A stretch of DNA of 64,000 nt, taken from contig CAVYSW010000009.1 in NCBI GenBank assembly GCA_963771275.1, forward strand, positions 312,289 through 376,288. The letters run 5' to 3'. Under the pieces are notes generated by a model, which ran no database searches, was not told the origin of the DNA, and saw only the letters and a program-made list of their open reading frames with translations. This DNA comes from an uncultured Gemmatimonadales bacterium. GTDB lineage: Bacteria > Gemmatimonadota > Gemmatimonadetes > Gemmatimonadales > GWC2-71-9. This document shows, in pieces, positions 49,424 through 58,312 of this stretch. The first letter of the stretch is position 1. Each line of letters opens with the position of its first letter. Made by a program: the position numbers and the translations under genes.

Positions 49424-49449
49424 GGGGGTCGGCGCGCTCGTCGGCCCCC
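49424..49449. terminator. GC-rich hairpin between the convergent SWIB and rnhB genes
   Basis: GGGGGTCGGCG-CGCT-CGTCGGCCCCC forms an 11-bp stem including two G-T wobbles. It is followed by ACTGTGTTTCC on the plus strand. Confidence 0.4.
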
Positions 49450-49522
49450 ACTGTGTTTCCCGCCGGCGCGGCCGAACGTGAGGCCACGGGGTCTCGCGGC
49501 TGCCCGGCCGGCCGGCCGGCTC

Positions 49523-50137
49523 CTACAGGAGCGACAGTTGACTGACCGGCGTGAAGCTGCGTCGGTGATGGGGGGTGGGACCGGCGGCCGCGATCGCGGC
49601 GAGGTGGGCCGCCGTCGCGTAGCCCTTGTTCACGTCCCAGGCGAATGCCGGATACCGGCGTCCCAGGGCCACCATCAGGTGATCGCGCAGCACCTTGGCG
49701 AGCACCGACGCGGCGGCGATCGACAGGCTCAGGTTGTCGCCTCCCACGATGGCGTCGTGGATGTGCCCGAGATCCGGAACGGGATTGCCGTCCACGAGCA
49801 CGTAGTCCGGCCGGACCGGCAGGTGCGCCACCGCGCGCCGCATGGCGCGCACGGTGGCGCGGAGGATGTTGAAGCGATCGATCTCCCGGACGGACGCGGC
49901 GCCCACCGCCCAACCGAGCGCCAGCGCGCGAATGCGCACGGCGGCCGCTTCCCGCTCGGCCGCCGTCAGGCGCTTCGAGTCCCGCAGGCCCTCGATCGCC
50001 ACGTCCCCCGGCGGGAACACCACCGCCCCCGCCACGACCGGTCCCGCCAGCGGACCACGACCGACTTCGTCCACGCCCGCCACGACCCGGTACCCCACCG
50101 CCCACAGCGCGCGCTCGCGCTCCAGCGTGGGGGCCAT
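49523..50137 (-). CDS. rnhB: Ribonuclease HII
   Basis: C-terminal 204 aa of track ORF 49523..51310, starting at MAPTLERERALW. Motifs: GVDEVGRGPLAGPVV, DSKRLT, VDG. Confidence 0.92.
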   Translation of the reverse strand: MAPTLERERALWAVGYRVVAGVDEVGRGPLAGPVVAGAVVFPPGDVAIEGLRDSKRLTAAEREAAAVRIRALALGWAVGAASVREIDRFNILRATVRAMRRAVAHLPVRPDYVLVDGNPVPDLGHIHDAIVGGDNLSLSIAAASVLAKVLRDHLMVALGRRYPAFAWDVNKGYATAAHLAAIAAAGPTPHHRRSFTPVSQLSLL

Positions 50138-50141
50138 CAAC

Positions 50142-50489
50142 TCAGGACTCGCGCTTCTCCCGGATGCGCGCCGCCTTGCCCGCGAGCTTCCGCAGGTAGT
50201 AGAGCTTGGCGCGCCGCACCTTGCCGCGCCGCACGACCTCGATGCTGGAGAGGCTGGGCGAGTGCAGCGGGAAGATGCGCTCGACGCCCACCCCGGCCGA
50301 GATCTTGCGCACCGTGAACGTCGCGCTGATGCCGGCGCCGCGTCGCCCGATGCAGGTGCCCTCGAACGCCTGCAGCCGCTCCTTGTCCCCTTCGTGCACC
50401 CGCACCTGCACGCGCAGGGTGTCGCCGGGGAAGAACTCCGGCAGATCGGCCCGCAGGGCCGCGCGCTGAACGGCAGTGAACCTCTCCAT
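50142..50489 (-). CDS. rplS: 50S ribosomal protein L19
   Basis: 115 aa containing [25 protein letters not shown]...ERIFPLHSP. Confidence 0.96.
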   Translation of the reverse strand: MERFTAVQRAALRADLPEFFPGDTLRVQVRVHEGDKERLQAFEGTCIGRRGAGISATFTVRKISAGVGVERIFPLHSPSLSSIEVVRRGKVRRAKLYYLRKLAGKAARIREKRES

Positions 50490-50502
50490 GTCGCTATCCT
50501 CG

Positions 50503-51207
50503 TCAGTCGGTCCCGTCGGACCCGTGTTCCGCCTCGTAGCGGGCCCAGAGATCGGGCCGCCGCGATTTCGTCAGTCGTTCCGTTTCCGCGCGGCGCCACG
50601 CCGCGATGCGCGCGTGGTCTCCGCTCAACAATACCTCGGGCACGGTACGCCCGCGATACTCCGGCGGCCGCGTGTAGCTCGGCGGGCTGAGCAGACCATC
50701 GTAGTGCGAGTCCGTCGCCGCCGACTCGTGATCGCCCAGCGCCCCGGGCAGCAGGCGCACCACCGCGTCCATCACGCACAGCGCCGCGAACTCCCCACCC
50801 GACAGCACGAAGTCGCCGACGCTGATCTCCTCCACCCCAGCCCGTTCCGCCACCCGCTGATCCACGTCCTTGTAGTGCCCGCACAGCAACGTCAGATCGG
50901 CCGCCAGACTGAGGCGCACGGCGGTCGCGTGATCGAACGGGCGCCCGCGGGCCGAGAGCAGCACGACCGGCCCGGTGGGCGCCAGCGCGTCGAGCGCCTC
51001 GTAGAACGGCTCCGGCTTCATCACCATCCCCGCGCCACCACCGTACCCGTAGTCGTCCACCGTGCGGTGCCGGTCGTGGGTGTGCGCCCGCAGATCGACC
51101 ACCTGCACCGCGATCAGCGCCTGGCGGCGGGCGCGCCCCACGATGCTGGTGTCGCACGCGGCCGCGAACAGCTCCGGGAAGATCGTGACCACGTTGATCC
51201 GGAGCAC
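50503..51207 (-). CDS. trmD: tRNA (guanine37-N1)-methyltransferase
   Basis: 234 aa containing [11 protein letters not shown]. It also carries VLLSARG and VLSGGE. Confidence 0.95.
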   Translation of the reverse strand: MLRINVVTIFPELFAAACDTSIVGRARRQALIAVQVVDLRAHTHDRHRTVDDYGYGGGAGMVMKPEPFYEALDALAPTGPVVLLSARGRPFDHATAVRLSLAADLTLLCGHYKDVDQRVAERAGVEEISVGDFVLSGGEFAALCVMDAVVRLLPGALGDHESAATDSHYDGLLSPPSYTRPPEYRGRTVPEVLLSGDHARIAAWRRAETERLTKSRRPDLWARYEAEHGSDGTD

Positions 51208-51209
51208 CG

Positions 51210-51731
51210 CTACAGCTCCAGCAGGCCGGGTGGCGGCACGATCGCAATCTCACGCCCCGCGCGATCCACCCGCGCCACGATCGGCGCCCGGAAGGGCACC
51301 AGGACCTCACGTCCCTCGTGCTCGACCACCAGCAACTCCCCTCCCGGCACCGGGATCAGCCCCCGCGCGGTGCCGATCGGGCGCCCCCCCGCGGTCACGG
51401 TGATGCCGGCCACTTCGTCCGCCGTGAGGGGTCCCTCCAGCGGCGCCGGCAGCACGCTCGTCGGCACCGCCAGCCCCACGAGCCGCCAGCTCTCCCACGG
51501 CGTCCGCGCCGCGATCTCGCGGAACTTCAGCAGCCAGCGCCGGTGATAGGCCCGGGCCCGCTCGATCGTCAGGGGCGGCCCGGTCGGGCGGCCCGCCTCG
51601 TCGACCGGCGTGAGCGCGGCCCCCGGGACGAACACCCGCTCGGGCTGGGCGGTGAGGACGTACACGATCGCCTCACCCTTCAGGCCGTGGGGCTTGGAGA
51701 AGCGCGCCACCAACCGGTAGCCCGCCTCCAC
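51210..51731 (-). CDS. rimM: 16S rRNA processing protein RimM
   Basis: 173 aa containing GRFSKPHGLKGE-type motif VARFSKPHGLKGE. It has a PRC-barrel C terminus and sits in conserved rpsP-rimM-trmD-rplS order. Confidence 0.9.
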   Translation of the reverse strand: MEAGYRLVARFSKPHGLKGEAIVYVLTAQPERVFVPGAALTPVDEAGRPTGPPLTIERARAYHRRWLLKFREIAARTPWESWRLVGLAVPTSVLPAPLEGPLTADEVAGITVTAGGRPIGTARGLIPVPGGELLVVEHEGREVLVPFRAPIVARVDRAGREIAIVPPPGLLEL

Positions 51732-51742
51732 GCCGCCCCCGG

Positions 51743-52018
51743 TTACGCGGGCTCGGCGGTCGCCGGAGCGGCCGGCTTGAACACGCCGGCCTGCTTGAGC
51801 AGCGAGCGGACGGTCTCCGTGGGCAGGGCGCCTTTCGCGAGCCAGCTGCGCGCCCGCTCGGCGTCCACCTGGACCACCGCCGGCTGCTCCCGCGGCCGGT
51901 AGTGACCGATCGTCTCGATGAACCGGCCGTCCCGGGGCGACGTACTCTCCGCCACCACAATGCGGAACTCCGGCTGCTTCTTCCGGCCAACGCGGCGCAA
52001 GCGAATGCGTGTTGCCAT
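51743..52018 (-). CDS. rpsP: 30S ribosomal protein S16
   Basis: 91 aa starting MATRIRLRRVGRKKQPEFRIVVAES. Confidence 0.96.
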   Translation of the reverse strand: MATRIRLRRVGRKKQPEFRIVVAESTSPRDGRFIETIGHYRPREQPAVVQVDAERARSWLAKGALPTETVRSLLKQAGVFKPAAPATAEPA

Positions 52019-52043
52019 GTCCCTCGACTTCCCGTCCGGCGAG

Positions 52044-53355
52044 TTAGTGCAAGCCGAGCTTGCCCATGCCCTTCATGACCTGCTTCATCTGCTCGAACTG
52101 CTTGAGCAACTGGTTCACTTCCTGGACCGGCCGACCGGCCCCCCGGGCGATCCGCGCGCGGCGCGACCCATTGAGCACTTCCGGGCGCCGCCGCTCCGCG
52201 GGGGTCATCGAGAGGATGATCGCCTCCGTGTGCTTCACCCGGCTGGGATCGACCTTGGCCTGCTTCAGCGCCTTGGCCGGCATCCCCGGGAGCATCCCCA
52301 GCAATCCCTCGAGCGGCCCCATCTTCTGGAGCTGGCGCATCGCGGTCAGGAAATCCTCGAGGTCCATCCCGCGTTTCGAGGTCGCCTTCCGCGCGAGGCG
52401 CTCGGCCTCGGTCGCGTCGACCGCGTGCTGCGCGCGCTCCACCAGGCCCACGACGTCGCCCTGCTGGAGGATCCGTCCCGCCAGCCGCACCGGATCGAAC
52501 GCGTCGAGCGCATCGAGCCGCTCGCCGACGCCAACGTACTTGATCGGCGCTCCGGTCACCCCGCGCATCGAGAGGGCCGCGCCGCCCCGGGCATCCCCGT
52601 CGAGCTTGGTCAGGATCACGCCGGTGAGCCCGAGTGCCTCGTGGAACCCCCGGGCGATCCGCACGGCGTCTTGCCCGGTCATGCCGTCGGCGACGAGCAG
52701 GATCTCGTGCGGTCGCACGGCCGCCTTGATACGCGCGAGCTCGCGCCATCATCGCTTCGTCGATCTGCAGCCGGCCGGCCGTGTCCACCACCACCGTCCG
52801 GGCGCGGGCCCGGCCCGCCGCCTCGACGCCGGCGCGCACCAGCGCCACGACGTCGTCGGTCCCACCCTCCGACGGCCCGAAGCAGCCGACGTCCACCTGG
52901 CGCGCCAGCTGGCGCAGCTGCTCCTCCGCGGCCGGCCGGTGCACGTCCGCGGCCACGAGGAACGGGGCCTTCTGCTCGCGCTTGAGCCGGGCCGCGAGCT
53001 TGGCCGCCGTCGTCGTCTTCCCCGACCCCTGCAAGCCCACCAGCAGGATCACGGTCGGCGGCACCGAGGCAAACTGCAGCGGCACCCGCGTCTCGCCCAG
53101 CAGCCGCACGAGCTCGTCGTGCACGATCTTGACGAGCTGCTGGCCTGGGCTCACGGCCTTGAGCGCCGTGACGCCGACGGCCTGCTCCCGCACCCGGTCC
53201 GTGAAGGTCCGGGTGAGCTCGAAGCTGACGTCCGCCTCGAGCAGGATGCGCCGGATCTCGCGCAGCCCTTCGCTCACCGCCTCTTCGGTCAGCACGCCGC
53301 GGCCGGTGAGATCGCGCAGCGCGGCCGTCAGCCGTTCCGAAAGAGCAGCGAACAT
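52044..53355 (-). pseudogene. ffh: Signal recognition particle protein Ffh, reading frame broken by one extra base near 52743 (sequencing error or a true frameshift)
   Basis: The N/G-domain part (MFAALSERL..GLQGSGKTTTAAKLA..DTAGRLQIDEAMMA) is in the frame of track ORF 51673..53517. The continuation (ELARIKAAVRPHEILLVADGMTGQDA..TKLDGDARGGAALS..M domain..GMGKLGLH) is in the frame of track ORF 52044..52718. The span is 1312 nt, which is 3n+1. Confidence 0.85.
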
Positions 53356-53519
53356 AGAGCCTTGAAGTATAGGCGCTTCGTCCCGGAATGGGCAGGGGCC
53401 GCGTCGTCGCGCCGCGGCGGCAGCCCCCCGACGCGAAACCGCCGCTCCCCGCAGTCCGTAACCCTCCCCGAGCAGCGTGTGGCGCCCAGCGGGGCGTCTG
53501 AGGAGATTCCTGACCACCC

Positions 53520-55082
53520 ATGCCGCAAAACCTGCTGGTTCAAGCAGTGGTCACGATCGGCTTCGGCGCCCTGGCGGGCGGCATCACCAACGCCGTCGCC
53601 ATCTGGATGCTGTTCCACCCCCATGAGCCCCGGGGCCTCTGGCGGCTCCGGATCCAGGGCGCCGTGCCGAAGAACCGCGAGCGGCTGGCCAAGACGATCG
53701 GCCGGACGGTGGGCCAGCGGCTGCTCACGCCGGAAGATCTGGCGCGCCAGCTCAGCTCACCCGGCGTGCGGGAGGCGTTCGACGACACGGTGCGCGGCCT
53801 GGTTCACGGCCTGCTCTCCACGGAGCGCGGCCCGCTGCGCTCGGAGCTGCCGGGGCCGCTCGTCGCGGAGCTCGAGGCGCTGCTGCTGGGGCTGGGGCCG
53901 ACCCTCGCCGCCCGGTTCGCGGAGTTCGCGGCCACGGAGCGGTTCCGCGAGCCGCTGGAACGGTTTCTCCGGGCCACCGCGGCCTCGGTGGCCGACCAGC
54001 CGCTGGGCGCGCTCCTCACGGAGACCCGCCGGGCGGCGCTGCGGGAGCGGGTCGAGTCCTGGGTCTCGCAGGCGGTCGCGAGTCCCGACCTCGAGCGGGC
54101 GATTCGTGACTGGCTCGACCGCCAGATGGTGCGCGCCGCCGCCGATCACACGCCGCTGCTCGAACGGCTTCCCCCCGGGCTGGTGCCTGCCGTGGAGCGA
54201 GGCATCGCCAGCTATCTCCCGGTGGCGCTCGAGCGGCTGGGCTCCGTGCTGCGCGACCCGGATGCCCGCTCGCGCATCGAACACACGCTGCACACGCTGT
54301 TCGAGCGCTTCGTGAAGGACCTGATGCTGCACGAGCGGATCGTCGCGCGGCTCGTGGTGACCGAGCGCACGATCTCCAAGCTGCTGGACAACGTCGGGCA
54401 GGAGGGCTCGGAGCAGATCGGCCGGCTGCTCGACGAGCCGACGATGCGGGCTCATGTGGCGCGCAACGTGAACGACGCCGTGCTCACGTTTCTGCGGCGG
54501 CCGCTCGCGGAGCACATGGTGAGCCTGGGCCCCGAGCGACTCGAAGGGCTGCGGGACACGGCGGTGCGCTACGTCATCGCGGCCCTGCGCGACGAGGCCA
54601 CGCGGACCTATGCCATCGAGCGCCTCGACCGGGCACTCGCGGCCGCCGAGACGCGCACGTGGGGCGAGCTGCTGGCCAAGCTGCCGCCCGAGCGGGCCGC
54701 CGAATGGCTGACCGACGCGCTGCGATCGGATCGTGTGCGCGGCTGGATCGCCGACGGCTGGGGCAGCGCGATCGCGGCCCTGCTCGACCAGCCCATCGGA
54801 ACCCCCGAGCGCCTGCTCGGCGCCGGTGCCGCCGACCGGCTGGGGGAGCGCATCGGCCCTGCCCTGTGGGGCTGGATCGAGCGACAGGTCCCCATCGTGG
54901 TCGCGCGCGTCGACATCCAGACGATGGTGGAGCAGAAGGTGCTGGGGTTCTCGCTCGACCGGATCGAGGAAATCGTGCGGCTCACGACCCAGCGCGAGCT
55001 GGACGTCATCGTGCGCCTGGGCTTCGTGCTCGGCGGCCTGGTGGGGGTGGGGGCGTTCATTCTCGCGATTGCCCTGACGTGA
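53520..55082 (+). CDS. DUF445-family membrane-associated protein
   Basis: 520 aa. The N-terminal part is GALAGGITNAVAIWMLFHP....QGAVPKNRERLAKTIG. The C-terminal part is MVEQKVLGFSLDRIEEIVRLTTQRELDVIVRLGFVLGGLVG. Confidence 0.8.
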   Translation: MPQNLLVQAVVTIGFGALAGGITNAVAIWMLFHPHEPRGLWRLRIQGAVPKNRERLAKTIGRTVGQRLLTPEDLARQLSSPGVREAFDDTVRGLVHGLLSTERGPLRSELPGPLVAELEALLLGLGPTLAARFAEFAATERFREPLERFLRATAASVADQPLGALLTETRRAALRERVESWVSQAVASPDLERAIRDWLDRQMVRAAADHTPLLERLPPGLVPAVERGIASYLPVALERLGSVLRDPDARSRIEHTLHTLFERFVKDLMLHERIVARLVVTERTISKLLDNVGQEGSEQIGRLLDEPTMRAHVARNVNDAVLTFLRRPLAEHMVSLGPERLEGLRDTAVRYVIAALRDEATRTYAIERLDRALAAAETRTWGELLAKLPPERAAEWLTDALRSDRVRGWIADGWGSAIAALLDQPIGTPERLLGAGAADRLGERIGPALWGWIERQVPIVVARVDIQTMVEQKVLGFSLDRIEEIVRLTTQRELDVIVRLGFVLGGLVGVGAFILAIALT

Positions 55083-55345
55083 GCGGCGGCGGAGACCGGA
55101 GCCGGAGCACAGGGCTCCCGCCAGCGGCGCTCGGCCTGACGATCCGCCGAGTCGGGCGCGACTATTCTAGTACCGCTGGTCATACGTTCGATGACGCGTC
55201 TCACCGCAGAGTCCGCAGAGACCGCAGCAGCAAGCGCGTGATCGTCGGTCGCTGGGGTCGGCGCATGGTGCGCAGCAGTTCCCTCACTCCGCGTGCTCGG
55301 CGACCTCTGCGGTGCAATACGTAACCGTAGTTGTGAGCTGATGGA

Positions 55346-56539
55346 CTAGTCGAGCACGACGGCCGGCGGGCGGCGCCACCCGGCCCACGCGTCCGGCGCG
55401 TCGATCAGGCGCACGATCGGGCGGCCCGCGATAGTCTCCTGCTCGACGGCCCACCGCCGGCCGGGCGCCCCGCGCGCCCCCCAAGACCGGCCCAGCACGG
55501 CGGCGAACTTCTCGGCGGCGGGTCCGTCGTCCCAGACGGTCCACCACGCGACCGCGTAGCCGCCGGACGCGCGATACACCGCGAACCGGTCCCCGCCCCA
55601 GCCGAGGGCGCCCGCCGTTGCCACCGCCTCGCTGCCGGTGAGCTGCTGCAGCACGATGCGCGTCTCGAACTCACCCCAATCGTCCTGATAGACGAGCTCG
55701 CCGGTCGCGGACGGTGCCGGCACGACCCGCACGGACACCGGCTCGTCACCGGCGCGGTACCGCTCCGGATGGAGGATCTGCTCGGTCGAGCGGGGCATGC
55801 GCGGTCCATAGGGCCGGGTGCCGGGATACGCGCTCTCGAACCAGCGCATGAAGTCGGCGCCCGCGAGGTAGGGGAACAGCAGGCCTTCCCGCACGATCAG
55901 CGGGGCGGCGGCGAACACCGGCATGCGCTCCTGAGCCTGACGCACGTTCTCACGCAGATCACGCCAGAAATTGCCGAGCTGGCTCACGCGGGCCGAATCG
56001 AACATGGCCGTGATCGATGACAGGGTGGCCTGTCCTTCGAGCACGGCCTGGGCGGCCATCTTGCGGTCGTTGTCTCCCTGGCTCTCGAGGATCGAATCGA
56101 GCGGGAGGTACTGTCCCTGGAGCGCATGAACCAGCTCGTGGGCCAGCACAATGCGCACCTGCAGCGGATCCGTCCCGTCGACCACGTACAGGGTGGTCGA
56201 GTCGGGATCGTAGTATCCCACCACCTGCTCCGACAGGACGTCCAGCAGCAGCGCCCGGAAATCGAGCGTGTCGGGAATGACGCCAAACAGCCGGTAGCTC
56301 AACGCGATGTGCGCCATCTGCTCAGGAGGATACTCGGCATCGAGCCGGGCGATGAGATACTGCCGCACCTGGTCGCGGGTCCGGACCGCAAATGCCGGCG
56401 GAACGCGGAACGCGACCCCGACGGAACGCTCGACAGCCGGGATCACGTCGGCGGCCAGGCGACGGACTTCCTGCTCGGTGCTCGGCTGCGGGCGGGCGCA
56501 GGAAGAGACTCCGAGGAGCAGGAGCGGGACATAGCGCAT
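55346..56539 (-). CDS. Lipoprotein with an HExxH gluzincin-like (peptidase MA-like) motif
   Basis: Lipobox LLGVSSC, the motif VLAHELVHALQ, and a downstream AVLEGQATL that could supply a third-ligand Glu. No obvious Shine-Dalgarno sequence precedes the ATG. Confidence 0.7.
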   Translation of the reverse strand: MRYVPLLLLGVSSCARPQPSTEQEVRRLAADVIPAVERSVGVAFRVPPAFAVRTRDQVRQYLIARLDAEYPPEQMAHIALSYRLFGVIPDTLDFRALLLDVLSEQVVGYYDPDSTTLYVVDGTDPLQVRIVLAHELVHALQGQYLPLDSILESQGDNDRKMAAQAVLEGQATLSSITAMFDSARVSQLGNFWRDLRENVRQAQERMPVFAAAPLIVREGLLFPYLAGADFMRWFESAYPGTRPYGPRMPRSTEQILHPERYRAGDEPVSVRVVPAPSATGELVYQDDWGEFETRIVLQQLTGSEAVATAGALGWGGDRFAVYRASGGYAVAWWTVWDDGPAAEKFAAVLGRSWGARGAPGRRWAVEQETIAGRPIVRLIDAPDAWAGWRRPPAVVLD

Positions 56540-56561
56540 GGGAGGAAACTACAACAATGTC

Positions 56562-56628
56562 GAATGTCCAATGTTCAATGTCCAATTCCCAAGTGACTTG
56601 GAAATTGGACATTGGACATTGGACATTC
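56562..56628. repeat. 67-nt AT-rich near-perfect palindrome built from inverted triplets of the heptamer AATGTCC/GGACATT
   Basis: The left arm is GAATGTCCAATGTTCAATGTCCAATTCCCAAGT (56562-56594). The right arm is ACTTGGAAATTGGACATTGGACATTGGACATTC (56596-56628). The arms are 33 nt with 2 mismatches, one of them G-U compatible. The element lies between two minus-strand genes. Confidence 0.9.
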
Positions 56629-56637
56629 TGCGGTTTT

Positions 56638-57429
56638 CTAGTGCTTCCGGATCTCAATCCCGCCGTTCACGGTCTCGAGCCGCAGCTGGCGACCGCCGTC
56701 GCCAATCGTGCCATGCAGGCGCCGGGGACCGAACCGGCCCTGCACCGTGATGGGAAAATCGGACTCGATGTCCCCGTTGACGGTCGAAGCGTCCAGCACG
56801 GCGCTGAGGTTGGCCGGGACCTGCACCGTGATGCTCCCGTTCACGGTCTTGAACGCCATCGCGCCGGTCCAATCCGCCCGGCCCATCGCCGCGTGGACCG
56901 AGCCGTTGACGGTCTCTGCCTCGACGAGGCCCGCGGCCGTCACGTCCACGTCGCCGTTCACCGTGGTGGCCCGGACGTCACCGCCCACATCGCGCACCTG
57001 CACGTCGCCGTTGACGGTCGCTCCGACGAACGCGACCCGGGCGGGCACCTGGACCGTGAAGTCGACTTCGACGTCGTTGTTGTCCGTGTTGTTCCGCCCG
57101 CCGCCCGGCCGGCACTCGTTGGGCCGGCCGTTCTTCGCGGGATAAACGGCGCAGATCGTGACGCCGCCGTCGTGCGGGACCACCTCGATCTTGACCTCGG
57201 ACGGGTCGCTCCGCCGGCCAGACTTCACGGCGGTGACAACCACCTCGTTGCCGCTCGCCGGCGCCGCGTGGATCGCGCCGTTCACGTTGCGGATCTCCAG
57301 CGTCTTGCCGGGCTCGACCCGGCCGCGCCATTCGAAGGTCTCACCCTGGCCCTGCGCCGTACCGCGCCCCTGCGGGGCGAGCGACAGGGCCGCCGCTCCG
57401 AGTCCCACGATGATCGCAATCGTACGCAT
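56638..57429 (-). CDS. DUF4097-family beta-strand-repeat protein (putative adhesin-like), secreted
   Basis: 263 aa with a signal peptide and repeated TVNG[DSG] motifs (TVNGDVQV, TVNGDVDV, TVNGSVHA, TVNGSITV, TVNGDIES, TVNGGIEI). Confidence 0.8.
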   Translation of the reverse strand: MRTIAIIVGLGAAALSLAPQGRGTAQGQGETFEWRGRVEPGKTLEIRNVNGAIHAAPASGNEVVVTAVKSGRRSDPSEVKIEVVPHDGGVTICAVYPAKNGRPNECRPGGGRNNTDNNDVEVDFTVQVPARVAFVGATVNGDVQVRDVGGDVRATTVNGDVDVTAAGLVEAETVNGSVHAAMGRADWTGAMAFKTVNGSITVQVPANLSAVLDASTVNGDIESDFPITVQGRFGPRRLHGTIGDGGRQLRLETVNGGIEIRKH

Positions 57430-57446
57430 GTCGGCTGCCTCCCGGT

Positions 57447-58295
57447 TTACCGGCGCTCGAGCCGGATCGTGCCGTCAAAGGATTCGAGCTCCACCCGGGC
57501 GGCACCCGAGCCGAGCGTGAACGAGAACCGTCTGCCGGGCCGCACATTCGTGACCTGCACCTTGAACGCCGGATCGGCCTCGAAGGAGCCATCGAACGTG
57601 GCGACGCTCACCGCCGCATTGACGGTTGCGGGCATGCCCACCACGATGTCGCCGCTGTGGGCCGAGAACCCGTACCGCCCACCGTCCTTGATTGCGCCGT
57701 GAAAGCTCACGTCACCGTCCACGGTGCTGACGTCCACATTGGCCGCGTCCACATTCTCCAACGTGACATCGCCGTCGGTGGTTTCCACGGTCAGGTCACC
57801 GATCACGTTCGAGAGCGTGATGTCCCCCTCCACCCCCTCGACCTTGACCGTCCCGCGCGCCCCGTCGATCACGATGTCGCCCTCCACCGTGTGGACCTCG
57901 ACGGGCCCGCCGGCCCCGCGAATCGTGACGCCGCCCTCGACGCTCTCCGCGCTGATCGCGCCGGTGACCCCCTCGACCGAGATCTCCGTCTCCTGGCCGC
58001 TCAGCTCCAGCGACATCGTCCGGGGGACCGTGATCTCGTAGTCCACGAACGCGGGCCCGCCGCGGCGCCGTTGGGCGTCGATCTCGACGACCGAGCCACG
58101 CACGTTGATCTGAATCTCGTCGCGCGTGCCGTGCTCGGCGTGTACGCGCATCTCGTTGCGGTCCCAGGCGGTCACCTTGATGGAGCCCGACTGGTTCTGC
58201 AGCTGCAGCCGCGCCGACGGCGGCACGGCCAGGGTCGTATCGGTCTGCTGCAATGACGACAGCATGAGCAGCGCGACCGGAATGGTGATTGCCAT
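57447..58295 (-). CDS. DUF4097-family beta-strand-repeat protein (paralogous architecture)
   Basis: C-terminal 282 aa of track ORF 57447..58916, starting at MAITIPVALLML and preceded by GGGAGGG. The repeats are VEGGVTI, VEGDIVI, VEGDITL, TDGDVTL, VDGDVSF and FDGTIRL. Confidence 0.8.
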   Translation of the reverse strand: MAITIPVALLMLSSLQQTDTTLAVPPSARLQLQNQSGSIKVTAWDRNEMRVHAEHGTRDEIQINVRGSVVEIDAQRRRGGPAFVDYEITVPRTMSLELSGQETEISVEGVTGAISAESVEGGVTIRGAGGPVEVHTVEGDIVIDGARGTVKVEGVEGDITLSNVIGDLTVETTDGDVTLENVDAANVDVSTVDGDVSFHGAIKDGGRYGFSAHSGDIVVGMPATVNAAVSVATFDGSFEADPAFKVQVTNVRPGRRFSFTLGSGAARVELESFDGTIRLERR

Positions 58296-58312
58296 GAGTC
58301 CCTCCCGCTCTA

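Noticed and set aside
51673-53517. 614-aa minus-strand ORF spanning ffh, rpsP and part of rimM
   Set aside because: Only its first roughly 200 residues after the Met at 53355 are genuine Ffh. After about 52743 it is frameshifted read-through (RATARDPARRRRHDRARRR…) overlapping the real rpsP and rimM frames.
56562-56628. Heptamer repeats considered as a CRISPR array or a coding tandem repeat
   Set aside because: The repeat units are 7 nt with no spacers, the arrangement is palindromic, and no cas genes are present. The overlapping 70-aa plus-strand ORF (56538..56750) has no support.
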